Part shown: in pieces, positions 36,929-37,104 of the stretch | Position numbering within the stretch: the first letter of the stretch is position 1 | Layout: every line of letters begins with the position of its first letter | Source of the DNA: Candidatus Omnitrophota bacterium | GTDB lineage: Bacteria > Omnitrophota > Gorgyraeia > Tantalellales > Tantalellaceae | Assembly: GCA_043822245.1 (NCBI GenBank) | Contig: JBDRBY010000030.1 | Location: 1-37,104, forward strand | Reading direction: 5' to 3' | DNA: 37,104 bases | Position numbers and translations under genes: made by a program | The notes under the pieces: model-generated | What the model saw: only the letters and a program-made list of their open reading frames with translations | What the model was told of the DNA's origin: nothing | Database searches by the model: none

Positions 36929-37104
36929 TATATCCTCTTTAACCAGGTTAAATTAACATTACAAATCACTAGTGTCCCATTATAAGTCGAACAACAATAA
37001 CTGGTTACAAGAATCACCCATTTCTTTTTTGTGGTCAAGCGTCGCAAACACCTGTAAAATGGGGGTTTTCTCGAATATGGTAACACTCAAAATCTGTAAT
37101 ATTG

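Overview
This 37.1 kb window is very gene-dense and every credible CDS lies on the minus strand. It contains four blocks:
(1) 1-9.4 kb, a signalling/transport block: a multi-HAMP signalling protein (N-terminus only, running off the window), a ParA/MinD-like ATPase, a CheY-like receiver, an AAA_14/DUF4143 ATPase, a GAF histidine kinase, an APC-family permease fused to a PTS-EIIA(Ntr) domain, and a TPR protein.
(2) ~10.1-22.5 kb, a gas-vesicle (gvp) cluster: gvpA, two GvpC-like repeat-protein paralogs, a 43-aa zinc-ribbon micro-ORF, gvpN, an Hsp20, a CDC48-like double AAA+ ATPase, four GvpF/L paralogs (one carrying a C-terminal DnaJ J-domain), gvpG, a second GvpA-family gene, gvpK, gvpJ and several hypotheticals.
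(3) 23.2-27.3 kb: an ABC ATPase, an ABC-2 permease fused to a GldG-like domain, and a small membrane protein.
(4) 27.5-37 kb, housekeeping/transport: a YgiQ radical-SAM protein, recQ, an ArsB/NhaD-type permease, an EIIA(Ntr)+CBS protein, a ZnuABC-type metal transporter and a DUF318 permease.
The non-coding DNA is dominated by a dispersed, near-perfect palindromic element (GTAGAGACGCGAT-AA/TT/GA-ATCGCGTCTCTAC). There are about 27 REP/BIME-like copies, all upstream of position 29.4 kb. Other non-coding features are a 33-bp tandem-repeat array inside the gvp cluster, two (TTGC)n microsatellites (one of 15 perfect units), a small MITE-like inverted element, and a 40-bp conserved motif shared by two promoters.
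The most interesting feature is the gvp cluster, which has an unusual chaperone/unfoldase complement: a CDC48-like ATPase, an Hsp20 and a J-domain fused to GvpF/L.
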